Source: Candidatus Zixiibacteriota bacterium
GTDB lineage: Bacteria > UBP14 > UBA6098 > JBKHBT01
DNA: 55,972 bases
Assembly (NCBI GenBank): GCA_046542255.1
Contig: JBKHBT010000012.1
Span: 1-55,972, forward strand
Direction: 5' to 3'
The notes beneath the pieces were generated by a model. The model was given only the letters and a program-made list of their open reading frames with translations. It was not told the origin of the DNA and did not search any database. Position numbers and translations under genes: made by a program. Of this stretch, positions 28,475-38,346 are shown one piece after another. Within the stretch, counting starts at the first letter, position 1. Each line of letters opens with the position of its first letter.

Positions 28475-29401
28475 ATGAAGAATTTAATGCTATTTACAAT
28501 ATTAATTGGTATTTTTAACCTAATAGGTGCAGATTTGCCTGATAATGCCGGTACAAGCAGTTTCCCATTTCTAAAGAATATCCAAAGTACAAGAAGCGAG
28601 GCTATGGGGTCGGCATATTGCGGACTGCCGGCCGAGAATCCCTATGCTCTTGATAATCCTGCTCTATTGCCTTTTGCAAATAGAAATGCAGGCTTTTCAT
28701 ATAAAAACTTATGGGGTTTCGCAAATGGTGCTACGGCCTATTATATGCAGAGCAAAGAGGAAACCAATGGATTTGGTTTTTACGCGCATTATATCGGTTA
28801 TGGCAAAGTTAAAGAAACTGATTTTGAGGGTAATGTGCTGGGCGAGCTATCGCCTTCCGATATGGTTCTTGCCGGAGGTTACGGCCATAGGTTCACTAAA
28901 AGCTTCTCTGTGGGGGGAATTGGAAAGCTCATCTATGAAAATGCTGGGGATTTGAATGCTTCCGGGATTGCCCTTGATGCCGGACTATTGTATCGCTTTA
29001 TTAGAGCAAGAGCACAATTGGGTTTTATTGTCAAGAATCTGGGGATGCAGTTATCAGCTTTTGGCGATGAGACATACCCACTCCCTATGCAAATAGGTTT
29101 TGGCGGGAGTTCGAGAATACCCGGATTGCCGCTTCTTTTGTCCGCACAGGGTGATTACCTTGCTGATGACGGCTTTATGATTGGTGCCGGTGCAGAAATA
29201 TTAGCACTTGGGCCAATAAAGCCCCGAATCGGCTATAGAATGATGCCCAAAATCGATTCCGACCTCGCTGAAAACGAAAACAAAAAAGGACTTTCGGCCG
29301 GATTCGGCATCGAAGTGGATAGCTTCAAATTCGACTATGCACTTCGGCATTACGGAGTATTAGGACTGACGCATAACCTGGCTCTGGAATATCGATTCTA
29401 A
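28475..29401 (+). CDS. Putative outer-membrane beta-barrel protein (PorP/PorQ/UPF0164-like)
   Basis: Signal peptide, alternating amphipathic Gly/aromatic-rich strands, and a C-terminal YRF (terminal Phe). Family assignment is uncertain. Confidence 0.4.
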   Translation: MKNLMLFTILIGIFNLIGADLPDNAGTSSFPFLKNIQSTRSEAMGSAYCGLPAENPYALDNPALLPFANRNAGFSYKNLWGFANGATAYYMQSKEETNGFGFYAHYIGYGKVKETDFEGNVLGELSPSDMVLAGGYGHRFTKSFSVGGIGKLIYENAGDLNASGIALDAGLLYRFIRARAQLGFIVKNLGMQLSAFGDETYPLPMQIGFGGSSRIPGLPLLLSAQGDYLADDGFMIGAGAEILALGPIKPRIGYRMMPKIDSDLAENENKKGLSAGFGIEVDSFKFDYALRHYGVLGLTHNLALEYRF

Positions 29402-29555
29402 TTACATCGATTCTGTTTTATCGGAATGTAAACTTTTCTATTTGCATAATATTAAGAAACTTATAGCTCTAGAACCTTTGGCCTATAATGGTGATATTCA
29501 GTAACTATATAAACAAGGCTACCGTTCTCGATACATAGCTCCCAGCCTAATACAC

Positions 29556-29667
29556 CGCTACAAAGCTCTACCCCCCACTGCCCTCGCTACAAAGCTCTGC
29601 CCCCCACTGCCCTCGCTACAAAGCTCTGCTCCCCACTGCCCTCGCTACAAAGCTCTGCTTTGTAGCG
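29556..29667. repeat. Tandem array of about 3.9 copies of a GC-rich 29-bp unit (CGCTACAAAGCTCTGCCCCCCACTGCCCT). The last partial unit forms the hairpin CGCTACAAAG-CTCTG-CTTTGTAGCG.
   Basis: Units at 29556-29584, 29585-29613 and 29614-29642, with a partial unit at 29643-29667. Only 2-3 variable positions. No spacers, so this is not a CRISPR array. Confidence 0.8.
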
Positions 29668-29908
29668 CAAGCTTTCCGAAGCTCCGCTTCTATTCTTTAC
29701 TAATACCATAAAGAAGCAGAGCTTCTCAAGGAGGATAAAAATAAAATTTATTTACTTTACATAAATTTTAACACTGAATCTGGGTAATTAAGGCTAAAGC
29801 TCAAATCTGACAATCTCTTAAATCCATTCTCAATCTTATGAAAGTGTTTTGGTAGATATCTTAATATGTCTTGACGAAAGCCGGTGGCGATTTTATTTTA
29901 CAGATGCT

Positions 29909-30649
29909 ATGAAAACGATGATAATAAAAATCTTGATTGTTTCTTTGATTTGTTTTTCTCTATTTGGCGAGAACAATATCGACAAGACGCTTCGAACGGC
30001 TGATCAGATGATTCGAGTCGGCGATTATGAAAAGGCTGAAGACCAGCTTCGAGTAGCACTTCGCAATAATCCCGAAAATGGTGAGATTCTCTGGCGACTT
30101 GGCAAAGCACTCAATCGCAAAGCTATGCGCCTTTCTGGCATGAAAAGACATGATACATTCGAAGAGGCCAGCCAGATTCTGGCAAAAGCCATCAAATATG
30201 ATAGAAAATCTCCAGAACCACATGTCGAGATGGCGAGGACTCTCGGATATATGGGACTTTTCAAACCAGATTGGGACAATTATAATCTTGCAGGCAGGAT
30301 TTCCGAAGAACTCGATTATGCCATAAAACAGGACGCTGAATATGCTGATGCATACTTTGTCTATGGACTATGGAATCGCTTTGTCTGCAAAAGATCTTTA
30401 CTTGTCAGAATGCCTTATGACCTTGGCGAAGCCTGCGATGAATTAGCTCTCGAAAATCTACAAAAAGCAGTTGAATATGATGATGAAAATGCAGAATATA
30501 TGCTGGAGCTTGGAAAACAGTATTTGTATATGGAGCGTTTTGATGAAGCCAGAGATATTTTTAAAAAAACAACCGAATTTAAGAGCAATCTTTTCACAAA
30601 AAGATATATCAAACAGGCAGAAGAACAACTCGAAACTATGGACAAATAG
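29909..30649 (+). CDS. Secreted TPR-like repeat protein
   Basis: Signal peptide MKTMIIKILIVSLICFSLFG and helical repeat content. The ORF is open from 29849. Confidence 0.5.
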   Translation: MKTMIIKILIVSLICFSLFGENNIDKTLRTADQMIRVGDYEKAEDQLRVALRNNPENGEILWRLGKALNRKAMRLSGMKRHDTFEEASQILAKAIKYDRKSPEPHVEMARTLGYMGLFKPDWDNYNLAGRISEELDYAIKQDAEYADAYFVYGLWNRFVCKRSLLVRMPYDLGEACDELALENLQKAVEYDDENAEYMLELGKQYLYMERFDEARDIFKKTTEFKSNLFTKRYIKQAEEQLETMDK

Positions 30650-32726
30650 CAAGTTAGTTCTTTTTCTTTTTGTTACTATTACCCTATTTGCACAGCCAGA
30701 TAGCTCTCCTGAAATTTTATTGCGTGATATTCTCTATCTTCAAAATGGCGAAGAAGTATCTGGAAAACTGGTCAAGATTTCTCGAAGGAAGGTTTTATTT
30801 CAGAAAAATGATGGCCTTCACAAATACGACCGGGATGATATTTTAAGTATCGATATTCAGAAAAGCCGCGATGGAGATCATTGGCGCAAGGTTTCTGATA
30901 TCGATGATAAACTGCTCAAAAATACCCTCGAAAATCTACCAAAAGTAGAGAACTATCCCGATGCCAGTTATATCTCATTATTGGAAAAGCATGTTTTCCA
31001 AGTTTATAGCGATGGAAGCTCGCGATACTCTCATCGTCAGATAGATTATATTCTCGAAGAGCGCGCAAAACACCGCGGCCGGGCAGTATTTGATTATTTC
31101 AAGGATAATCAGCAATTCGAAATCGATTTTGCGCGCACTGTAAGCTCGGATAAATCGCTTTTCCATCTCGATGATTCAGCCCTGGAATATGGCCAACCCC
31201 ATGGAAGAATTCCTGAGTACAATCGCCTTATTCGAAGCAAGTTCGCTCTTGGCGAGACTCGTATTGGATCGATAATCGATTACAAGACAACATTGAGGCA
31301 GCGAAAAGTCGATTTTGCCAATCCTTTCTCAAAGACAATTATCGCTGGCGGCTTCGAACCAATAGAAAAACTGGAAATAGAATGCCTTGTCCACAAGGGC
31401 CAGGATAATAGATTCCATTATTTTCTTCAGGACATAGATAAAAAATTCGACAAAGAAATTGTAGCTGATTCCTTGATAAAATATAGCTTGCAGCTCGAAG
31501 AGAATCCAAACATCTCTCGCGAAGATTTTATGCCACCGCTTCATACTGCTCTCCCATATATTATGATTGGTTTCGGTGATTCTTTCGATAAAATCGCTCA
31601 TGAGTACCAAAATGCAATCTTCGATTCTGTACTCGATAAAACCCTTTACGACCAGATTCAGCTTATGATTTCAGAAGCAAATGCCAATAAAATCAGAACT
31701 GCCAAAAATATCTATGAACTGGTAATCGAAAATGTGCAGCTCAAAGGCCCTGAGTTCAAAGAGTTTTCGATAATACCAACACCGCCAGATGAGGTTTGGA
31801 AAAAAGGATATGGCAATTATCTCGATATTAACTTTTTACTCTATACCATGATGAATAACGCTGAACTGGACGTGAAATGGGGCTTTCTGACATCGCGTGA
31901 AATTGCTTTTTCGAAAGATGTCCCTACGGTTTCAATTTTTGCAATCCCAGCAGTCTATTATCAGGATGAAAACGAAAGTTATGTGCTTTCTATCGACAGC
32001 GAATATAGACATTTTGGTTCTTTTCGAAGAGAATGCTCTGAAGGTATTTTCTGGAATGCGCTCGAAAATGAATTCATAGAACATGACTTTAGTCCTTTCG
32101 CCGAAAATATATCAAATATTAGTGCTTCCTTAGATTCTATGGGCAATCTTTATGTAAAATTCTCTAATTTGATTAATGGTTTACCCACGATCGAACTTCG
32201 AAAACTCAAACAAAAAACAAAGCAAGAGCTGGACAAATATATTAAAATGAAAATCAATGAATTCCATCCTGCAGCAGAATTGGTTTCATATCATATTGAT
32301 GGAATAGCCAGTGTTTTCGATGGTATCGATTTTGAAATTACATATAGAATACCCAATTATGCTACTCTAACCAAAGACAAGATGATCTTTAGGCTTCCAC
32401 AGCTAAAACACACAAGCTGGGGCGGTTCCGGGCAGAGCCGCAATTTACCAATATATTTCGAGAATAAAAAATATAATAGATTCGATATGGAAATCACAGT
32501 TCCAGTAAATTATTCTATCTATAATGAAATAGAGGAAATCGATTTCGATGAGAAAGGCCTTTCTTTTTCGGCTAATCTATATCAAAAAGACGATAAAATC
32601 ATATACAAAGAAGATGAAGCACTCGGTAGGCTGTTTTATCCTGCAGATTTCTGGGATGAATACAGACTTTATAATAAATTTAAGACTTCACTCGATGAAC
32701 AATACATTATCCTGAAAAAGCAATGA
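30543..32726 (+). CDS. Hypothetical secreted protein (~728 aa); start uncertain
   Basis: Long ORF with an internal hydrophobic signal-like segment (KLVLFLFVTITLFAQPD). Its 5' end overlaps the upstream gene by about 100 nt. No family recognised. Confidence 0.5.
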   Translation: MKPEIFLKKQPNLRAIFSQKDISNRQKNNSKLWTNSKLVLFLFVTITLFAQPDSSPEILLRDILYLQNGEEVSGKLVKISRRKVLFQKNDGLHKYDRDDILSIDIQKSRDGDHWRKVSDIDDKLLKNTLENLPKVENYPDASYISLLEKHVFQVYSDGSSRYSHRQIDYILEERAKHRGRAVFDYFKDNQQFEIDFARTVSSDKSLFHLDDSALEYGQPHGRIPEYNRLIRSKFALGETRIGSIIDYKTTLRQRKVDFANPFSKTIIAGGFEPIEKLEIECLVHKGQDNRFHYFLQDIDKKFDKEIVADSLIKYSLQLEENPNISREDFMPPLHTALPYIMIGFGDSFDKIAHEYQNAIFDSVLDKTLYDQIQLMISEANANKIRTAKNIYELVIENVQLKGPEFKEFSIIPTPPDEVWKKGYGNYLDINFLLYTMMNNAELDVKWGFLTSREIAFSKDVPTVSIFAIPAVYYQDENESYVLSIDSEYRHFGSFRRECSEGIFWNALENEFIEHDFSPFAENISNISASLDSMGNLYVKFSNLINGLPTIELRKLKQKTKQELDKYIKMKINEFHPAAELVSYHIDGIASVFDGIDFEITYRIPNYATLTKDKMIFRLPQLKHTSWGGSGQSRNLPIYFENKKYNRFDMEITVPVNYSIYNEIEEIDFDEKGLSFSANLYQKDDKIIYKEDEALGRLFYPADFWDEYRLYNKFKTSLDEQYIILKKQ

Positions 32727-33811
32727 GAAAATTTATTTTAGCTATAATTTTTGTCGCTCTGGTTTTTGCACAAAATAAAAATATCCACAAAGAACTGGAT
32801 GCCAAAAAAGACAGAGTCAATCGTCTCGAAGAACAGGAAAAAAGCCTGACTGCCAGACTGGATAATACATTAAAAAAAATATCGCAAAATAAAGAGCAAA
32901 TAAAAGGCCTTAAAAATAAATTAGAGGTAATGGATTCAAAACTGGACAGTTTAGAAGGAAAAATCGAGAGTACGCAAAAAGACCTTAAAAAGGCTATAAA
33001 TTCTCAGAAAGATATCGTCAGAAATCTATATGTTTCAAGAAACAATCCAGAAATCGCTATCATTTATAAAGACAATTTCAATGATCTTCCACGAAAAGGC
33101 GCCTATCTTTCATCGATAGCGAATTATCGTGAAAATGCGATAACCGAGACAAAGATGCTGGTAAAAGAACTTGAAAAACAAAAGAAAGAGCAAAAATCAT
33201 TAATATCTCAGCATGAACAAGCTCTATCAAAAAAGAAAAATAACCTAAAAGAGCTTCAAGAGTTGACGGAATCGCAGGAAAATATCTTACAAAATATAAG
33301 AAATGAGAAATCGCAGTACAAAGATGCGATTGCTACATTGGAATCGCAACTGAAGAACATTCGTGGCCTTTCTCATTCTGAAACAAGAGTTCAGGGGCAA
33401 TTCTCCAGTCGATTGCCCTGGCCTATAAAAAGCCGTGAGATCATCCATGGTTTCGGCATGACCAGTGAAACAAAATTTGATACAGAATTTTACAATCCGG
33501 GAATCGATATTCGCGCAAAGCCCAATGAACAGGTTCGTGCTGTCGAAAATGGCGTGGTGGCTCATGTAGGTTGGCTTCGTGGCTATGGAAATATCATAAT
33601 CCTAAAACATGCTCAGAACTATTACACTTTATATGGAAATCTTGAATCTTCCACCATCGATAAGGGCGAGAGAGTTCCTCGAGGAATGATTATTGGCGAT
33701 GTTTCGCCATATGGCTGGTTGGAAGGCGCTAAACTTCATTTCGAAATCAGGCAGGGGAAAAAAGAACTCGATCCAATGAAATGGCTTTCGGAAAGTGTGA
33801 ATTTTTCTTAA
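32723..33811 (+). CDS. Coiled-coil M23/LytM-domain protein (EnvC-like murein hydrolase activator)
   Basis: Signal peptide, a long coiled-coil (Q/K/E-rich), and a C-terminal LytM fold (GIDIRAKPNEQVRAVENGVVAHVGWLRGYGNIIILKH). Confidence 0.6.
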   Translation: MRKFILAIIFVALVFAQNKNIHKELDAKKDRVNRLEEQEKSLTARLDNTLKKISQNKEQIKGLKNKLEVMDSKLDSLEGKIESTQKDLKKAINSQKDIVRNLYVSRNNPEIAIIYKDNFNDLPRKGAYLSSIANYRENAITETKMLVKELEKQKKEQKSLISQHEQALSKKKNNLKELQELTESQENILQNIRNEKSQYKDAIATLESQLKNIRGLSHSETRVQGQFSSRLPWPIKSREIIHGFGMTSETKFDTEFYNPGIDIRAKPNEQVRAVENGVVAHVGWLRGYGNIIILKHAQNYYTLYGNLESSTIDKGERVPRGMIIGDVSPYGWLEGAKLHFEIRQGKKELDPMKWLSESVNFS

Positions 33812-33812
33812 A

Positions 33813-34886
33813 TTGACAGATATGAAAGATGTTACTTTAGATAAAATATATTTTCAACCAGGCATCAAGGACTTCTTCGAAAAAGCGATAAATTCCGACA
33901 AGCTTGCCCATGCATACTTGTTTTGGGGCCAAAAAGGCGTTGGGAAAATATCGACAGCTATTCAGATTGCAAAATCATTAAAACAAAATGCTGGCGATAG
34001 TTTTTTTAATACAAAATTCTCCATTTTAGAGCATCCTGATATTAGAATACTTATACCCTGCTCTAAAAAACAAAGCACCGATCCGAATGAATATCAAGAG
34101 TTTATCGATCCACTTCATGAGAATCCCTTTATTATTCCTGTACCGACTAGCGGAAATAGGATTTATATCGACCTGGTACGAAAACTTGTAGAATGGTTAT
34201 CGGTTTCGCCAACATATCCGGGCGGGAAATATGCCATAATTGCCGATGCTCATAGGATGTATCCCGATGCTGCCAATACATTCCTCAAGACATTAGAAGA
34301 GCCAAAGCCCGATACCGCCATTTTTCTGACTACAAATGAACCTGATTCTCTTCTGGCGACAATACGCTCGAGAAGTCAATTCGTTAATTTCCCGCCAATC
34401 AGAGATGACTATTTAGCGGAACTTGTGAATAAATACTACAATGTAGAACAAAAGCGCATCCCCGAGATACTTAAAATGTCCGAAGGCTCTATGGCTATGG
34501 CTGATGAAATCATAAGCGGTTCTTTGGATGATATCAATAAAAATGCTGTAGAGATGATTGAAAATGCACTTTCTTATCAGCTAGATAGAATCCTTCTCTG
34601 GGCCAAAGAGCAACCATCTGACAGGCAATATATGGAATTTATGGTTTTGGAGCTTCTTAGGATCGTACGTAATTCTATGATTCATTTTGCGACCGACAAA
34701 ATGGCGCAATCTCCTATTGAGACACAAATTGCAGAACGGAGTAAAGGCTTCTCCGGTTTCAGGGATACTATCGAAATGTTAGAAAATATGCTCTATGAAA
34801 TTCGCCTGAATCCGCAAAAAGACCTTTTTTGGAGCAATTTACCTTTTTCATTCCTCGAAAGCCTCGATTTGAGATATCCAAAATGA
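33813..34886 (+). CDS. holB: DNA polymerase III delta' subunit
   Basis: AHAYLFWGQKGVGK (P-loop-like) and TLEEPKPDTAIFLTTNEPDSLLATIRSRSQ (sensor and SRC-region motifs typical of delta'). Confidence 0.7.
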   Translation: MTDMKDVTLDKIYFQPGIKDFFEKAINSDKLAHAYLFWGQKGVGKISTAIQIAKSLKQNAGDSFFNTKFSILEHPDIRILIPCSKKQSTDPNEYQEFIDPLHENPFIIPVPTSGNRIYIDLVRKLVEWLSVSPTYPGGKYAIIADAHRMYPDAANTFLKTLEEPKPDTAIFLTTNEPDSLLATIRSRSQFVNFPPIRDDYLAELVNKYYNVEQKRIPEILKMSEGSMAMADEIISGSLDDINKNAVEMIENALSYQLDRILLWAKEQPSDRQYMEFMVLELLRIVRNSMIHFATDKMAQSPIETQIAERSKGFSGFRDTIEMLENMLYEIRLNPQKDLFWSNLPFSFLESLDLRYPK

Positions 34887-35028
34887 TAGATGAAGCCTAA
34901 TCTAATCACAATTAATATAATTATGGTATGAGATTAAAGAACTTGACATTAGAGAAATCTGATATTTATTTGAGAGGGAAGTTTTATTATGTAATTTTGA
35001 AAATGTAAACTAAGTTCTTAGGAGAGTC

Positions 35029-36585
35029 ATGAAAAAGGCTATTTTCGTTTTGATTTTAATTTTAAGTGTAAATCTAATATTCGCAGCAGAAGCAGACACT
35101 CTTCCACCATTTATGATAAATTTCGCACATTCTGCGCCTGCACCTTCGGCACAGACATTTTTCCAGGCCGACCTTATCGAGGATCTACCCACCGTTGGAA
35201 TAGTAGAATCATACCTCGCATATTCAACTGATAATTGGTCGACGAAAACCGAAATTACTGCAACCGATATGGGAATCTCTGGTCATCAAACCTATGAAGC
35301 AGCCGTAACTAATCCTTCCGCTGGAAATGTCGATTATTATTTCTATTTTGAATCCGATGACAAATGGGCTGGCCAATGCCCTCTTTATGATGGCACAGCA
35401 TCACCATCTATACCTGAGAACTATATGTTGTATTGTGGGTATGATGGCGCTGGCACTGATTCCACCTTGCCTGATCATGATGAAGCAGAAGACTTAGATC
35501 TTCTCGAATACTGGTTTGGAATGTCTAATGGCCGTTTTTATGGCAAGATGCGTAATGCAACCGGTAGTTGGCATTTAGAAAATGGAAGTTTAATGTTTGG
35601 TGGAAAACATGTTTTCGGTTATGGTATTGCTATCAATAACCCGGACAGGCCGGATGAAGATTATATGTACCTTATGGCCCAATGTGGTAATTTATCCGTT
35701 TCTGGTATGGTCGATATTAGCCCTGGAGTTTTAGAGGCCTATACTGCTGAGGGTGCCGAAGAAGTCTGGAATATAGGCGATGCAGATATAACAACTACTG
35801 GTGATATTTTGGAGATATCTGCTCCTATAAGCACGTTTACCGGAGGAGATCATTTTGGCGGAACTACCCCAGCAAGTGGATTTTATCAGGTAACTGCTTT
35901 TACAATGTATCTTTATGCATCTCTTAGCGGTCAGGATTTTTCATTTGTTGAAGCTACGAAAATTGGTAAGCTTTATATTAATAATTTCAGCAGCCCGGAA
36001 GCATGGGAATATACAGTCGGCGGTGCAAATACTGCACCTCTTCTTTCCGGGCCCGGTTCTGATGATGAAGAGATCTGGGTAACCTATACCGATGCTGATA
36101 ATAATCAAGCAGTAGATGCATTTGTATCGATAGACGGCGGAAGCCCGATAGAGATGTCAACAGTCGATCATGTATATGATGATGGCGCTGTTTATAGATG
36201 CACCGTCGGCGACCTTTTCTATGGTGCCGAACTCGATTTTGATTTCTCTGATGGAATGGCTGATGCTACTATGGATTATTCTGTTGGTATCGATGAGCAC
36301 AAAGTAGTTTCATTACCAGAAAATCTCGAACTCGAATGTGCTCCGAACCCATTTAATCCCGCAGCCCAGATTAGCTTTAATATAGAAAATGACGATTTTG
36401 TAGAACTCGGCATCTACAATACAAATGGACATAAAATCACCAATCTTATCGTATCAGACTTAGAAGCAGGTGTACATAGCACAAGATTCGATGCATCTTC
36501 ATTTGATTTAGCTGCTGGAGTATATTTGGTTAATTTAAGAACTTCTAATGCAAGCGTTTCAGAAAAGATAATCTATATTAAATAG
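35029..36585 (+). CDS. Secreted protein with a T9SS C-terminal sorting domain
   Basis: Signal peptide. C-terminus CAPNPFNPAAQISF...LGIYNTNGHKI...GVYLVNLRT. Confidence 0.6.
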   Translation: MKKAIFVLILILSVNLIFAAEADTLPPFMINFAHSAPAPSAQTFFQADLIEDLPTVGIVESYLAYSTDNWSTKTEITATDMGISGHQTYEAAVTNPSAGNVDYYFYFESDDKWAGQCPLYDGTASPSIPENYMLYCGYDGAGTDSTLPDHDEAEDLDLLEYWFGMSNGRFYGKMRNATGSWHLENGSLMFGGKHVFGYGIAINNPDRPDEDYMYLMAQCGNLSVSGMVDISPGVLEAYTAEGAEEVWNIGDADITTTGDILEISAPISTFTGGDHFGGTTPASGFYQVTAFTMYLYASLSGQDFSFVEATKIGKLYINNFSSPEAWEYTVGGANTAPLLSGPGSDDEEIWVTYTDADNNQAVDAFVSIDGGSPIEMSTVDHVYDDGAVYRCTVGDLFYGAELDFDFSDGMADATMDYSVGIDEHKVVSLPENLELECAPNPFNPAAQISFNIENDDFVELGIYNTNGHKITNLIVSDLEAGVHSTRFDASSFDLAAGVYLVNLRTSNASVSEKIIYIK

Positions 36586-36765
36586 ATCTTCTTAAAATAA
36601 AGCTTGACATTAAACAGTTTTATTATAAAATTAGTAAACTAGGTCGTTACTTAGACTCGAGCACACTTGAGAATTCACTTCAGTCAAAATCAAGTATGAA
36701 AATGTGTAAATCGGCCTAATCGAATTGACAATAAGCATAGAGGTTCGTCCTCAAAATCCAATATT

Positions 36766-36838
36766 GCGGGCGTAACTCAGTTGGTAGAGTCCCAGCTTCC
36801 CAAGCTGGTTGTCGCGGGTTCGAACCCCGTCGCCCGCT
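36766..36838 (+). tRNA. tRNA-Gly (anticodon CCC); CCA encoded at 36839-36841
   Basis: Acceptor stem GCGGGCG/CGCCCGC. Anticodon arm CCAGC-TTCCCAA-GCTGG. T-loop GGTTCGAACCC. Confidence 0.8.
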
Positions 36839-37041
36839 CCAATTGAGTTCATATTTCGGCCTGATGATTTCGATATGGAATATTATTGAGTAATAGAAAA
36901 AATAGTAAAAAAAAGGGAAGGTTTTGTTTTGCCATTCCGATTATTCTAAACGTAAGTGTTCAATTTTTGTAAATGGATAATTAGTTTATGACACCAAAGT
37001 TAATCTTGATTTGAGAGTAAATAAATCTAATAGGAGTAATA

Positions 37042-38346
37042 ATGATTAATATCAAAGAAATTGCAGACAATTCACCGGCCAAAAGAGCAGGTATCGAAGA
37101 AACTGATAAAATCTTATCGGTAAATGGAAATGAAGTTAAAGACTCTGTCGAGTTTATCTTTTATACACAGGGCCAGAAAAAAGTCGAACTAGATATCAAA
37201 AAAGGACAGAAAAAATCCAAAATAAACCTCAGTATCAAAAGAGGTGGAAATACCGGAATTATCCCGGAATCATTCGATATCAAAGAATGCACCAATAATT
37301 GCGATTTCTGCTTTGTTGACCAGCAACCTTCGGATATGCGCAAGGCTCTTTTTATCAAGGATGATGATTACCGGCTAAGTTTTCTAAATGGAAATTTTGT
37401 TACGTTGACGAATATCAAAAGCACCGAATTAAAGAAGATCGCAGAAATGGGGCTTTCGCCATTATATGTTTCAGTACATACTACCGATAAAGATCTTAGA
37501 CGAAAAATGCTTGGTAGAAAACGCATCGCTGATATCAAAGAGCAATTAAAGGTTCTGACCGATGCTGGAATAACTGTCCATACACAGGTAGTGCTTTGTC
37601 CGGGAGTTAATGATGGCCCAGAACTTTTGAAAACTCTCAATGAACTATTTGAAATGTATCCGAAAATCGCATCTCTTGGAGTTGTTCCTGTCGGGCTGAC
37701 GAGATATAGGCAGCAAAACAATTTACCAGAAATTTCTGAAATTACCGAAGATTATGCGATGGAACTTATCAATCAGCACTATGATATGAGACGTAGAAAA
37801 CCAGAACTACGAAATTTCTTCTATATGGCAGATGAGCTATTTCTTAAGGCCGATTATCCAGTCCCACCAGAACAATATTACAATGGCTATCCGCAGATTG
37901 AAAATGGCATAGGTATGGTAAGACAATTCTTAAATGCAATATTGTCATATCCGGTTGCTAAAGGGTCAAATAAGAATAAAAAATCGCGAGTACATCTAGT
38001 TACCGGCGAAGCATTTGCGCCATTCCTCGAAAAATATCTATTGCCAAGATTAAATAGAGTCAGGGCAAAAGTCCATCCTGTTTTCAATCGCTTTTGGGGA
38101 AGAAGTGTTACCGTGGGCAATTTGCTGGCTGGTGGCGATGTTGCCAAGACTCTCCAAAATATTCCGATCGGCGAACCAATTATTCTGCCACCAAGAGTTG
38201 TAAATAGCGAATGGATTTTCCTCGATGGATATCATATAGATACCCTATCAGAAGAGCTGGGTAATGATGTATTTATTGCTCCAGAAAATCCCGGTAAACT
38301 GATAAAATTCATCGAAGGCGTTTCACTGACAGCTTATAAGAAATAG
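37042..38346 (+). CDS. PDZ-domain radical SAM protein (DUF512 family)
   Basis: N-terminal PDZ-like segment, CTNNCDFC (a Cx3Cx2C radical-SAM motif) and a long C-terminal DUF512-like region. Confidence 0.6.
   Translation: MINIKEIADNSPAKRAGIEETDKILSVNGNEVKDSVEFIFYTQGQKKVELDIKKGQKKSKINLSIKRGGNTGIIPESFDIKECTNNCDFCFVDQQPSDMRKALFIKDDDYRLSFLNGNFVTLTNIKSTELKKIAEMGLSPLYVSVHTTDKDLRRKMLGRKRIADIKEQLKVLTDAGITVHTQVVLCPGVNDGPELLKTLNELFEMYPKIASLGVVPVGLTRYRQQNNLPEISEITEDYAMELINQHYDMRRRKPELRNFFYMADELFLKADYPVPPEQYYNGYPQIENGIGMVRQFLNAILSYPVAKGSNKNKKSRVHLVTGEAFAPFLEKYLLPRLNRVRAKVHPVFNRFWGRSVTVGNLLAGGDVAKTLQNIPIGEPIILPPRVVNSEWIFLDGYHIDTLSEELGNDVFIAPENPGKLIKFIEGVSLTAYKK

Noticed and set aside
29556-29667. Possible CRISPR array (29-bp repeats)
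   Set aside because: The repeats are directly tandem with no spacers, there are only about 4 units, and no cas genes are nearby. It is treated as a tandem repeat instead.
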